DNA of 40,721 nt from an uncultured Eubacteriales bacterium (GCA_964526905.1 CAZGMN010000003.1:1-40721), one strand, 5' to 3'. Counted from the first letter of the stretch, positions 1 through 8,643 are shown. Made by a program: numbers and translations. Notes: generated from the letters alone by a model not told the origin.

Positions 1-399
1 ATTCTTGACCTGCCTTTTGCTTTGATAGGAGGAGTGATAGCTTTATTTATCTCTCATCTTTACCTTTCTGTTCCTGCTTCAGTCGGATTTATCGCTCTCT
101 TTGGTGTTGCTGTCTTAAACGGCATTGTCTTAGTTTCTTACATCACCCAGCTTTGTCAGGAAGGGATTTGTTTGGAAGACTCTATCGTCAGGGCCTGTGA
201 GCACCGGCTTCGTCCGGTCCTGATGACAGCCTCGATCACCGTCTTCAGCCTCATTCCTCTGCTTTTTGCCCAAGGCCCAGGCTCTGAAGTGCACCGACCT
301 TTAGCCGTGGTTGTTGTTGGCGGGCTAATAACTTCAACTCTGCTAACCCTCTTAGTCCTTCCCATCCTCTACAGCTGGTTTGAAGGAAAGAAAAAATAA
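1..399 (+). CDS. CusA/CzcA family heavy-metal efflux RND transporter, C-terminal part (5' end outside window)
   Basis: Frame open from base 1 (ILDLPFALIGG...). Motifs GFIALFGVAVLNGIVLVS, RLRPVLMTA, GSEVHRPLAVVVVGGLITSTLLTL. Confidence 0.93.
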   Translation: MLDLPFALIGGVIALFISHLYLSVPASVGFIALFGVAVLNGIVLVSYITQLCQEGICLEDSIVRACEHRLRPVLMTASITVFSLIPLLFAQGPGSEVHRPLAVVVVGGLITSTLLTLLVLPILYSWFEGKKK

Positions 400-414
400 G
401 GCTGATAAGTCTGT

Positions 415-678
415 CTATTTGAAGGGGTACCAAATGTTGTTTGAATCACGAAAAACAGCGGCCTTTGACCTGTCGATGCCCAGGGCAAGGCACCAGTAAT
501 TGACTGCCCTTTTGCTGAGATTTCTGCTTTTCATCAAGACATCAATGAATTTTTCAATTCCATATTTTTTCTGGACCTCTGCGATATACTCGAAACCGCC
601 GAAATTGATGGCCCGCTCAATCTCTGTCTCGGGATTGACCCGAGTTTCATCCCTGTCCCAGAAGAGTTCTTTTCTCAT
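415..678 (-). CDS. Small DUF6922-like protein, probable partner/antitoxin of the adjacent nucleotidyltransferase
   Basis: MRKELFWD...IERAINFGG...LSKRAVNYW pattern. ATG at 678 overlaps the upstream TGA (ATGA coupling), so the 717 start in the ORF track is unlikely. Confidence 0.7.
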   Translation of the reverse strand: MRKELFWDRDETRVNPETEIERAINFGGFEYIAEVQKKYGIEKFIDVLMKSRNLSKRAVNYWCLALGIDRSKAAVFRDSNNIWYPFK

Positions 679-1343
679 CGACAGAAACTCATAAAAAAGT
701 CTTTGATGTCCTTCCATTCCTGGTTTGAGATATTCCGGACTCCTCCACTTTCATCAACAAGCCAGATGGCATCAAGCTCTTTCTCGGCATCATCGAAATA
801 GACCATAGCGGTTTTTAGATGATAGTCATATTTTTCATCGACTTGGTACTTGGTTTGGACTCGAAAAGCTAAGTCTTTAAAATGATGGCCGGTCTTTCGC
901 AATAGGTCATTGAGGTCGATGAAGTCCTTGGCCGAGCCTCTCTGGGCAAGAGCGATGGCTTTCATGGCCTCTATATCGTCAACCGAAGCTAGCTGGCAGG
1001 CGATTCCTGATTTAACTTCGTAAGGATTGAGGGGGGATAAGAGCTTGTACGGCAAATGAAATAAAGAAAATTTTAATTTTTCAGAGGAGAGAAATAAGAT
1101 CAATGTCTCCTTTTCCATAAGCTCTAAATCAACCTCTTCGAAAATATTCCTCATTTTGAAGACAAGAGCTTCAGGATTGAACGCCCTGGGTGTAAAAAAA
1201 TCAAGGTCAACAGAGAGCCGATGGTGCAGATAAAAGTAAATTGCGGTGTCGCCAGCGAGATAGCTCTCTTGGGGAAGGACCTTGTTGTTAATTATTTGAA
1301 CAAGGATTTTTTCCAGGCTGGATACTCTATTTTCTATGTTCAC
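675..1343 (-). CDS. AbiEii/AbiGii-family nucleotidyltransferase (type IV TA toxin-like)
   Basis: YLAG(D)TA, HRLSVDLDFF, AMKAIALAQRGSAKDFIDL motifs. GTG start. Confidence 0.85.
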   Translation of the reverse strand: MNIENRVSSLEKILVQIINNKVLPQESYLAGDTAIYFYLHHRLSVDLDFFTPRAFNPEALVFKMRNIFEEVDLELMEKETLILFLSSEKLKFSLFHLPYKLLSPLNPYEVKSGIACQLASVDDIEAMKAIALAQRGSAKDFIDLNDLLRKTGHHFKDLAFRVQTKYQVDEKYDYHLKTAMVYFDDAEKELDAIWLVDESGGVRNISNQEWKDIKDFFMSFCR

Positions 1344-1349
1344 AAAAAT

Positions 1350-1358
1350 ATTTTAGCA
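1350..1358 (-). promoter_or_regulatory. Extended -10 promoter (TGcTAAAAT), probably giving a leaderless mRNA for the AbiEii gene
   Basis: Minus strand reads TGCTAAAAT-ATTTTT-GTG. No Shine-Dalgarno before the GTG at 1343. Confidence 0.5.
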
Positions 1359-1396
1359 TTAACGATTAAGGAATTAAATAAGTGAATAATATTTAG

Positions 1397-1419
1397 CTAT
1401 ATCTTGTTTGAAGGAAAGA
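1397..1419 (+). repeat. Short degenerate copy of the cusA 3' end
   Basis: ctatatcttgtttgaaggaaaga matches 369-391 (ctacagctggtttgaaggaaaga) at 20/23. Confidence 0.65.
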
Positions 1420-1437
1420 GAGGAGCCGTTCACAACC

Positions 1438-1760
1438 TGTCAAGTCATTTAAGAATCTAACTGTAGAGTGTATCATCTTGTCATCTAGAATCTAACCATG
1501 ACTGATCCTGATTAGATCTCCTCCTTTTCGGGTTCGGACATAGACATTGACCCCAAAAATCTGGGAGATAGCCTTGAGAGATTTGCGCTCTGCAGAGGAC
1601 AGGTGTTTTAACTCCTCTGAGGCACTTTTCCCAGACTCTGATAAGCTTCTCCGCTGACGAGCCAGCGCCCAGATCCGTTCCAGCTTTTGATTGACTCTTT
1701 CTGAGAGCTCAAAGGGATTGAGTTGCTCCCTGAGGGCATTCAGTTTTAGCGATACCTTTG
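1438..1760 (-). mobile_element. Truncated IS: transposase C-terminus (IS481/ISNCY-like) plus one terminal end
   Basis: Start-less minus frame ending at 1492: LKLNALREQLNPFELSERVNQKLERIWALARQ...IRISHG*. Followed by sub-terminal repeats (GTTAGATTCT..ATGAC twice) and a terminus reading TGTCAAG at 1438 on the + strand. Confidence 0.65.
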
Positions 1761-1761
1761 C

Positions 1762-1794
1762 AGAATCCCCCGCGGCTTGCCGCGGGGAGCTTCA
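1762..1794 (+). mobile_element. IS200/IS605-like right-end hairpin (isolated end or scar)
   Basis: AGAATC-CCCCGCGGC-TT-GCCGCGGGG-AGCTTCA: perfect 9-bp inverted repeat at 1768-1787 followed by TTCA. Confidence 0.55.
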
Positions 1795-1795
1795 C

Positions 1796-1840
1796 TCCTT
1801 CCTATTCTTTATAGCTAATTTGAAGGAAAGAAGAAATAAG
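1796..1840 (+). repeat. Relic copy of the cusA 3' end (direct repeat of 356-400)
   Basis: 38/45 identity at offset 1440. Reads LPILYS*FEGKKK* versus LPILYSWFEGKKK*. Confidence 0.85.
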
Positions 1841-1919
1841 CTAAAAATGCGCAGAGCTTCGTAAAGAATAATTACAATGGCGCTTTCGACATCTCGCGAT
1901 GACTTCTTAAATATTACAT

Positions 1920-3398
1920 CTATATCAGATTTGGCTTCCATTCACGAAGCCTATCCAGAGATTCAGGGGATATTGTTCCCACTATCTTCTGTTTTCCGAG
2001 ATGGAGCGTCCCTTTCTGCGGCCGCATGCCAGAGGATTCGCCTTTGAGCCTGAGCTTCACTTCATCCCTTCTCACAGAGATGATGGCCTTCTTGCCGGCA
2101 ACGAAAAGAGCCGCATCACCCATCAGCTTGCCTTTCCAGTTCCACTCTTTAAAAGCAGTTTTGACTTTGAATTCTATGATATCGGTCGAAGCCCTGGAAC
2201 TTGATGCTATTATTCCTTGCACGAGTTCCTCGAGCTTGGCCTGCGATTCCTTTGAAGGTTTTTCGCCGGCTAAGTAAGAGAAGCGCTTGTAACGTCTAAA
2301 ACTCTGAAATCCCCAGATAATCTGCCAGACACCGATGATAAAAAAGAATCCGACGCTTTCGCCTCCGGAAGAGGCATTGGCAAAAGTAACCAGAATATTC
2401 CAGACTCCTATGATAATCAGCGCGATTCCATCCACCACCAACCCTTTTGGGCCCGGTGAGGTGAGGAGCCAGATTCCTTCGATGAAAAGAAAGATGCCGA
2501 TTACGACCAGAAAGGCGTTGATCGGATTTTGTTCTGCCAGTGAGGCGCCCAGGGCGATGGCGATTAGGCCGAAGACGATGCTTCCAAATGAAGCGGGTCG
2601 AAGGTGGCTGTTAACGGCCTTGTAATCTGCAGCTATTATCAGCGAGGAGCTATCATCTTGACTCATGCCCGAGGCGAATGCTTTGGCCTCGCCGGGGCGG
2701 AAGGCGTAGGCCGGCGCGGGCTTCTTCTCCATCCATTCGCTCCAGGGAAGTTTTAAGCCGGCGTAGAATATGGCTCCAAAGGCGACTGATGATGCCAGAA
2801 TAGATAAGAGCGAATAAAGCGCCCAGCGGGATGTGAATTGACTTTGTGGCTCCGACACCCTCTGTATCCCGCTTATCAGAATAAGGTCGATAAGTGTGGC
2901 TACAAAGTAGCCGGCCATCAATGAAAACCATAAGGGCCTAAAATGGCGGACAGCGATGAAAAGTCCGACGATAAAAATGAAAGTCCATATTCCAGAGTAA
3001 GATAAGGTGCGAGTCGAGGGCGAAAATGAATAAAAGATAACATTGATGATGGTCATAAGAATTGAATAGCCGAGAGCTGTTAAGAGTGCTGCACCCCACA
3101 TATTCTGGATGAAGTAGAAAACCAATAAAATCATGCCGACCAAGATGATCTCGCCCAGGATAATATGGAACCAATATGAAAACGGGAGTGAGACTTTCGT
3201 GGTCAGAACCCATCTGAATGAGGTAACGACTTCAGAAACCATAAGGGCGATGAAAAGAGAGAATAAACGTCCCCAGCAAATGGAGCGCTCATGGGCTCCA
3301 GCCAATCTTGAGAATGACCTTTCTTCAGAAATATCTCTTTTCAACATTCTCGCTTCCCCAGGCCTTGGCTCTCCCATTCTGTTCTCATCTCTAATCAT
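1920..3398 (-). CDS. Hypothetical polytopic membrane protein (about 10 TM segments plus soluble C-terminal domain)
   Basis: 492-aa ORF with AGGAGG RBS. Two hydrophobic blocks separated by a polar linker, then a basic beta-rich tail. Confidence 0.8.
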   Translation of the reverse strand: MIRDENRMGEPRPGEARMLKRDISEERSFSRLAGAHERSICWGRLFSLFIALMVSEVVTSFRWVLTTKVSLPFSYWFHIILGEIILVGMILLVFYFIQNMWGAALLTALGYSILMTIINVIFYSFSPSTRTLSYSGIWTFIFIVGLFIAVRHFRPLWFSLMAGYFVATLIDLILISGIQRVSEPQSQFTSRWALYSLLSILASSVAFGAIFYAGLKLPWSEWMEKKPAPAYAFRPGEAKAFASGMSQDDSSSLIIAADYKAVNSHLRPASFGSIVFGLIAIALGASLAEQNPINAFLVVIGIFLFIEGIWLLTSPGPKGLVVDGIALIIIGVWNILVTFANASSGGESVGFFFIIGVWQIIWGFQSFRRYKRFSYLAGEKPSKESQAKLEELVQGIIASSSRASTDIIEFKVKTAFKEWNWKGKLMGDAALFVAGKKAIISVRRDEVKLRLKGESSGMRPQKGTLHLGKQKIVGTISPESLDRLREWKPNLI

Positions 3399-3440
3399 TC
3401 ATCCTCCTCCTTTGAAAAGAGTTATTTAAGAATTTGCTTT

Positions 3441-3469
3441 TTTCTATCTTTAACTCAAGGAAAAGTCAA
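3441..3469 (-). promoter_or_regulatory. Putative sigma70 promoter for the 3398 gene
   Basis: TTGACT-17 nt-TAGAAA on the minus strand. Confidence 0.35.
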
Positions 3470-3521
3470 GTGAAGTAAGCGTCGGGGTAAAATTGGAGGC
3501 GCGGAGTATGTCCGTAAAGCG

Positions 3522-3599
3522 ACCCAAAGCGCCGAAACTGACGAAAATTATCCAGATCTCTCCTTCAAGTCGGAGAGTGCCGCTTTGGGCATCGTCAGT
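3522..3599. other. Structured intergenic element with pseudoknot topology
   Basis: CCCAAAGCG(3523-31)/CGCTTTGGG(3581-89) crosses ACTGACGA(3537-44)/TCGTCAGT(3592-99). Nested hairpin CTCTCC/GGAGAG. Confidence 0.45.
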
Positions 3600-3618
3600 G
3601 GCGGTATTCGCTGCTCAC

Positions 3619-4995
3619 TCAGAATTTGAACCTCAAACCCGCCCAGATGCTTAGGCTCCACAAATTGAGCAAAGCCTTGCGGGCACCGGCAGGTTCGCTC
3701 TCAAGGATGGCCAGCCTCGGCTGCTGCTCACTTTCAAGGTAATAGAGCGTTCCCTCCCTTTTATAACCTGAAACAAAAGGATATGTTTCTAACACCTCCC
3801 AGCCTTCGAATCCGCGGAGACGGGCATAACGGCCCTGGGCCTCGATAAACAACGACGCTCTGGGATTCAGAGCCAATTCAAACACGCCTCCGCCGTGAAC
3901 GCCAAATCCTTTTCCTCTAGCGCTCTGAGCGAAGTCCTTAGTCTCATCCCCCATAAGAAGATTCAGATTGAGATTATAGTCTGCTTGATACAGCCCGACC
4001 CCTCCAGTGACATAAAATGAAAACAGCCTACTCATTAGTAACCAGTATAAAATTCCAAGCCTAATATGAGCCGTCTTTAAATTTGGTGCGCTACTAAGAC
4101 TGAAAAGGATATTAGGATATTCATAGAAAATCAGAATATCCTCGACATTCCCTCTTCCTCTACCGAACCCGAGGCCGATGCCGATTCGAGGTGCAACCAT
4201 ATAGATGAGCTCAGCCCCAATCTCATATCCAGAGTTGAGAGATTGAACCTGATTTTTGTCGATAGTGAAACCCCGGGCGACAATGTCTTCGACTTGAGCT
4301 TCGAATTCACCACGGCTTCCTCGTTCGAAATCCCCACTGTCAAAGAAGCTTCCTCCTCCCGAAAACTTCAAGCTGAGCCCGATGCCGCGGAATTCGCCCG
4401 TTTCCTCTTCTTCTTCTTCCGGTTTCGGCTGGGCCAGCGCTCTCACTCCCCAGAGAGCCAAGGGAGGCGAGAAATATGAATCCATTGCCACAGTTCCTTC
4501 TTCGGTCAAGGTGATGCTGACTTGTTCATAGATTTTTCCCTTTCCCTTCCCCTTATGGTCAATCTCGAGCTCAATGAGCATGAAGGGATATCTCCAATCT
4601 ATTATCCGGGGAGCATCCGCATCCCAGCTTTGACTGGGAGTAAAGAGCAAGATTTTCCTTCCTTTATCCGTCGGGATGCTGTGCACGGCATGGATGACAA
4701 TTTTCACACCGCGGCCGCCGATGGGGCTGAAAGTCCCTTTATTCATCGAACGGAATGCGCTTATAAATGATTCATAGCCTCCTTTGGAGTAGCTCTCCTT
4801 TAGCCGCGAGACTTCCTCGATAGTGGTGTAGCCCGTGATCGAAATTTCGAACTTCATCGCCAGCTCTTCCCTCGTTTCGATTTGCGTCAGGAGCCTAACT
4901 TGTAATTTCTCCTGGGGCCAGAGGTTGGCGCTTAAATACAGGCATGCAGCTATTACCATTAAGACCAGACAGCTTTTCGTCAACCGTCTTCTCAT
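3619..4995 (-). CDS. Secreted two-domain protein: unknown N-terminal domain plus C-terminal outer-membrane beta-barrel
   Basis: Signal peptide, acidic linker PKPEEEEEE, amphipathic strands, terminal AGLRFKF. Shares motifs with 13200..14120. Confidence 0.75.
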   Translation of the reverse strand: MRRRLTKSCLVLMVIAACLYLSANLWPQEKLQVRLLTQIETREELAMKFEISITGYTTIEEVSRLKESYSKGGYESFISAFRSMNKGTFSPIGGRGVKIVIHAVHSIPTDKGRKILLFTPSQSWDADAPRIIDWRYPFMLIELEIDHKGKGKGKIYEQVSITLTEEGTVAMDSYFSPPLALWGVRALAQPKPEEEEEETGEFRGIGLSLKFSGGGSFFDSGDFERGSRGEFEAQVEDIVARGFTIDKNQVQSLNSGYEIGAELIYMVAPRIGIGLGFGRGRGNVEDILIFYEYPNILFSLSSAPNLKTAHIRLGILYWLLMSRLFSFYVTGGVGLYQADYNLNLNLLMGDETKDFAQSARGKGFGVHGGGVFELALNPRASLFIEAQGRYARLRGFEGWEVLETYPFVSGYKREGTLYYLESEQQPRLAILESEPAGARKALLNLWSLSIWAGLRFKF

Positions 4996-5401
4996 TTCAT
5001 CCTCCCATTTATTTAAGAGACCTGAAATTGATGTTTTTGTATAAGACTCGAGAAGCGCTGGCTATTGAGCAAACAGTCATGGACTATCATTTTCTATGTT
5101 TCCATCTCAAATATTTTTCGATTAGGATATTTCTTCTCATCGCTTCGATGGCGTGGCATTTGACATATAAGAATTTCTTTTTCGGCCGTTAGAATCAAGT
5201 GCGCTTTTTTTAGCAATTTTTCCGCCCACCCATTAATAAAATTTTAAATCATGGCAAAAGGGAATGTCAATTGAATGGAATTGAAAAGATATTGGCCCGG
5301 TCTTATCTTTTGCTTTTGATATCGGAATTTTCAGACGCTATGAATTCTATTAATAACAAGAAAATAAATGGATCAATATCCGTTTAGGCTGCATCAGCCG
5401 C

Positions 5402-6763
5402 TCAGCGCGGCAGCCAGGAGCGGATTTGTCTGACCACACGCTCAGCACTCGGCGGGTCGAAGTTGGACATGACCACGATTGTGTAGCCGCTTCTTGGATT
5501 CCATTCAAGCCCTGCATTGAGTCCTGGAGCGCCGCCGGCAATGCTGAATCCTCCGTGCATTTCCTCGTCTGCTTCAGCAAATGTTCCCTCTTTCAAGGCG
5601 ATTGTGTATTTGAGCAGGTCGCGCGCTGTGGAGTATCCGCCGCCCGCTGAGCTTCCCCTCCCGGGCAGAGTCTCACAGTTGGGTTTCCATGAAGAACCGT
5701 CGCGCATGTAGCCCAGCGCCCGGTTGGGAATGCTGGCGTCTTTTTCGTATGATTCTGAATCGAGCATGCCGGCCGGCTTGAAAATATGCTCGCGGACATA
5801 GGTGTAGTAATCCACACCAAAGGCTTTTTCGATAATCAAGCCGAGCACGACATACCCTCCGTTGGAATACCTGTTTCTGGTGCCCGGCTCGAATTCGAGC
5901 GGCTTGTCGGCAAAGAGGGGGAGATAATCCTTCAGGGACCGGATCTTCTCTTTCGGCGTTGTTTGATAGCGCTCGCCGAAGAAATCGCCAATGCCCGAGG
6001 TCATATCCAAAAGATGCTTGACAGTCACCTTTGCCGCTGTTTCTTTGTTCGGGTAATCAAGCAGGAATTTGTTGATTGGATCATCGAGCGAAACTTTCCC
6101 TTGTTTGATGAGTTGACAGACGGCAAGCTTGGTGAAGGACTTGTTGATGGAGCCGATATTGAATCTTGTCTCGACCCGATTGGGAATTTTCCTTTCCCGG
6201 TCGGCATAGCCGTATGCTTCTTCAAAAAGGGGTATGCCGTTTTGGGCAACGAGGATTACGCCTGAGAACTCATCCGCCGCAGTAATTTTTTGGGCGTATT
6301 CCTTGACAGCCGCAATAAGAACATTGTTATCCTTCTTGCGGTTGGTTTCGGCGTCTTCGCCTTCGATATCTTCGACTAAGATGCCGATCAGGCCGAAAGG
6401 CTCTGCCGCTTCGAATTGAAACTCAAGTTTGACGAACTGGCCGTTGCTGGTGCGGACAATGATGCTCAGCAAATCAGTGCGGGATTCGACGACCTTGTGC
6501 AGCTCGAGAGAGCCCAGCCGCTCGTGCATTTGCCGATAGCGGTTCAGCCGGGCTTCGATAGGGATGTTTTTGAGCGAATCTTTCGCGGTGTGATTGGCAA
6601 AGAATTCCCGCATGGCTGGTTCGCCCGCATTGAATGCCTTGATAAAAGCCTCAACGCGTTTGCCGCTTTGCGTTTCCGGAAGAGAGACTTTGGCTTTCTG
6701 AGCGTAAGCAAACAGAAACAAACCCGCAGCCAACAGAAAGAAGGATATGAGTTTCTTCTTCAT
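5402..6763 (-). CDS. Secreted serine hydrolase, beta-lactamase class C/AmpC-like family
   Basis: FNIGSINKSFT (SxxK), LLDMTSG, FEPG...YSNGGY (YxN). Signal peptide. Confidence 0.92.
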   Translation of the reverse strand: MKKKLISFFLLAAGLFLFAYAQKAKVSLPETQSGKRVEAFIKAFNAGEPAMREFFANHTAKDSLKNIPIEARLNRYRQMHERLGSLELHKVVESRTDLLSIIVRTSNGQFVKLEFQFEAAEPFGLIGILVEDIEGEDAETNRKKDNNVLIAAVKEYAQKITAADEFSGVILVAQNGIPLFEEAYGYADRERKIPNRVETRFNIGSINKSFTKLAVCQLIKQGKVSLDDPINKFLLDYPNKETAAKVTVKHLLDMTSGIGDFFGERYQTTPKEKIRSLKDYLPLFADKPLEFEPGTRNRYSNGGYVVLGLIIEKAFGVDYYTYVREHIFKPAGMLDSESYEKDASIPNRALGYMRDGSSWKPNCETLPGRGSSAGGGYSTARDLLKYTIALKEGTFAEADEEMHGGFSIAGGAPGLNAGLEWNPRSGYTIVVMSNFDPPSAERVVRQIRSWLPR

Positions 6764-7066
6764 TCAAACACTCTCCTTATCAGAGCCGCCAATTTCCTTA
6801 ACTCGCGATTTGGAAAAAGGGTTTCACATTTTTTCTTTAAATGGCCTAATTTTTATTTCGAACGCTTCAGCGCCGAATAAGAAAAAACGTTTTAACTGGA
6901 CCAAGGCTCTTTTCGACAAGTGCCAGGTCATAATATGCATATTGCGATGTCTGCGTCAACGCCTGCCGGAAAAAGATGAAGAAGAGGGTTCAGAATCCTC
7001 TAGCTTTCCGCGTGGCGGCATGGTTTCTTGGCTTCCAGGGTGGAAATCGGAGAAAGATTTTTTTCC

Positions 7067-7096
7067 TTGACAAAAGAGCATAATTTTCCTTACTAT
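7067..7096 (+). promoter_or_regulatory. Putative sigma70 promoter
   Basis: TTGACA-18 nt-TACTAT upstream of 7131. Confidence 0.45.
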
Positions 7097-7130
7097 AATT
7101 GCAGCTTATGCATATTTAGTAAGGGAAAAA

Positions 7131-8435
7131 ATGATTTATCCTCGTGACCTGACAAAAAAAATTGAGCCCTTTTTGCCAATGAAAGAGTTTATCTCTATCA
7201 TTGGGCCGAGGCAATCTGGCAAAACGACTTTTTTGGAGATTTTAAAAGGACATCTCGTTGATAATTTCAAAATCAAAGAAAATCTCATTTCTTTTGCAAC
7301 TTTTGAAGACCGGAGACTCCTGGCTCAGTTTGAAGCTGATCCAATCCTGTTTGTTCATTCTTATAAGCCACGAGAAGTCGAAGGAATTTTTTATTTTATG
7401 ATTGATGAATTTCAATACGCTGAGGACGGCGGTCAGAAGCTGAAATTGATTTACGACACTATGAAGAATCTAAAAATCATTGTCACAGGATCTTCCTCTC
7501 TCGAAATCAAAGCAAAGGTGGCCAAATTCATGGTGGGCCGCATCTTGAGTTTTTACCTTTACCCTTTTAGTTTTGGTGAGTATCTGAGCACAAAAGACCC
7601 CAGACTGGAAAAGCTTTACAGAGAAAATAATGAAAGAATAATCGCCTGGCTTTTTGAGGGGGAAAGCCTTCCGATAAAAAGAGGAATAGATATTTTTTTT
7701 GAAGAGATGGTCAAGCACTTTGAAGATTTTTGCATATGGGGCGGATATCCGGCAGTCACACTCTCGCCAAATAAAGCAGAGCGTATAAAAATTCTTGGAG
7801 ATATTTACAATAACTATATTCTGAAAGACATCAAAACCCTCTTGGAACTGGCAACAGAAAACAACCTCTACCTTTTATCTCAGTTTCTGGCAACGCAAGT
7901 CGGGAACATCCTTAACTATCAAAATCTTTCTCAAGCCTCTCACCTCAATTACCGCAATTTGAAAAAGCACCTTCACATTCTGAAAGAGACTTTTATCTGT
8001 CAGGAGGTTCGGCCTTTTTTTAAAAATCGACAAAAAGAGCTATCTAAAAACCCTAAGATCTATTTTTACGACACAGGTTTCCGCAACAATTTATTAGAAA
8101 ATATAAACAGCCTTGAAAAAAGGCCGGATGCCGGAGCAATCGTTGAAAACGCCGTCTTCATAAGGCTCACCGAATTGTGCGAGGGCCAGCAGAGAGTCAA
8201 TTTCTGGCGAACGAAAGCAGGTGCAGAAGTCGATTTTATCCTTCATCTGAAAGACCGCCTTGTGCCGATTGAAGTCAAATATTCAGCATTCTCAAAAGAG
8301 CAAATATCCAAAAGTCTGGCGAGTTTTATAGAATCTTTCAAGCCAGAATGCTCAATTGTTTTGACGAAAAATTATTGGGGTTCTATTGAAAAAGATAAGG
8401 CCAAAATTATGCTTATTCCTGTGTATTATTTATAA
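7131..8435 (+). CDS. AAA+ ATPase with DUF4143 (AAA_14-type) and C-terminal PD-(D/E)xK-like motif
   Basis: Walker A GPRQSGKT, Walker B FMIDEFQ, VTGSS, GGYP, KIYFYDTG, EVDF...PIEVK. Confidence 0.92.
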   Translation: MIYPRDLTKKIEPFLPMKEFISIIGPRQSGKTTFLEILKGHLVDNFKIKENLISFATFEDRRLLAQFEADPILFVHSYKPREVEGIFYFMIDEFQYAEDGGQKLKLIYDTMKNLKIIVTGSSSLEIKAKVAKFMVGRILSFYLYPFSFGEYLSTKDPRLEKLYRENNERIIAWLFEGESLPIKRGIDIFFEEMVKHFEDFCIWGGYPAVTLSPNKAERIKILGDIYNNYILKDIKTLLELATENNLYLLSQFLATQVGNILNYQNLSQASHLNYRNLKKHLHILKETFICQEVRPFFKNRQKELSKNPKIYFYDTGFRNNLLENINSLEKRPDAGAIVENAVFIRLTELCEGQQRVNFWRTKAGAEVDFILHLKDRLVPIEVKYSAFSKEQISKSLASFIESFKPECSIVLTKNYWGSIEKDKAKIMLIPVYYL

Positions 8436-8643
8436 CTGGAGTCCGCAGATTATGCAATCTATCCTCAAGAAATAGCCTTGGCAGAATCGTTAACATCCAT
8501 ACATCTTTATTTCTGGAAATGTGCCTATTATTTTATTAAACGTTTTCAAGTGGAGCATCGTATTTGGTTTGTAATGACTATTGATGGGTGATAAAATAAA
8601 AAAATAATTTGATATAATCTTCAGGTCAAAACAAGGAGATTAA

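Noticed and set aside
679-717. Longer start for the DUF6922-like ORF
   Set aside because: It overlaps the AbiEii 3' end. The ATGA-coupled ATG at 678 is more plausible.
3537-3599. Hammerhead ribozyme suggested by CTGACGA
   Set aside because: No stem II followed by GAAA in the required order on either strand.
4944-5400. Short ORFs in the AT-rich gap
   Set aside because: No RBS or recognisable motif in any frame I read.
5402-6763. Antibiotic-resistance beta-lactamase
   Set aside because: The motifs fit the broad serine hydrolase/peptidase family, there is no KTG triad, and nothing supports a resistance role.
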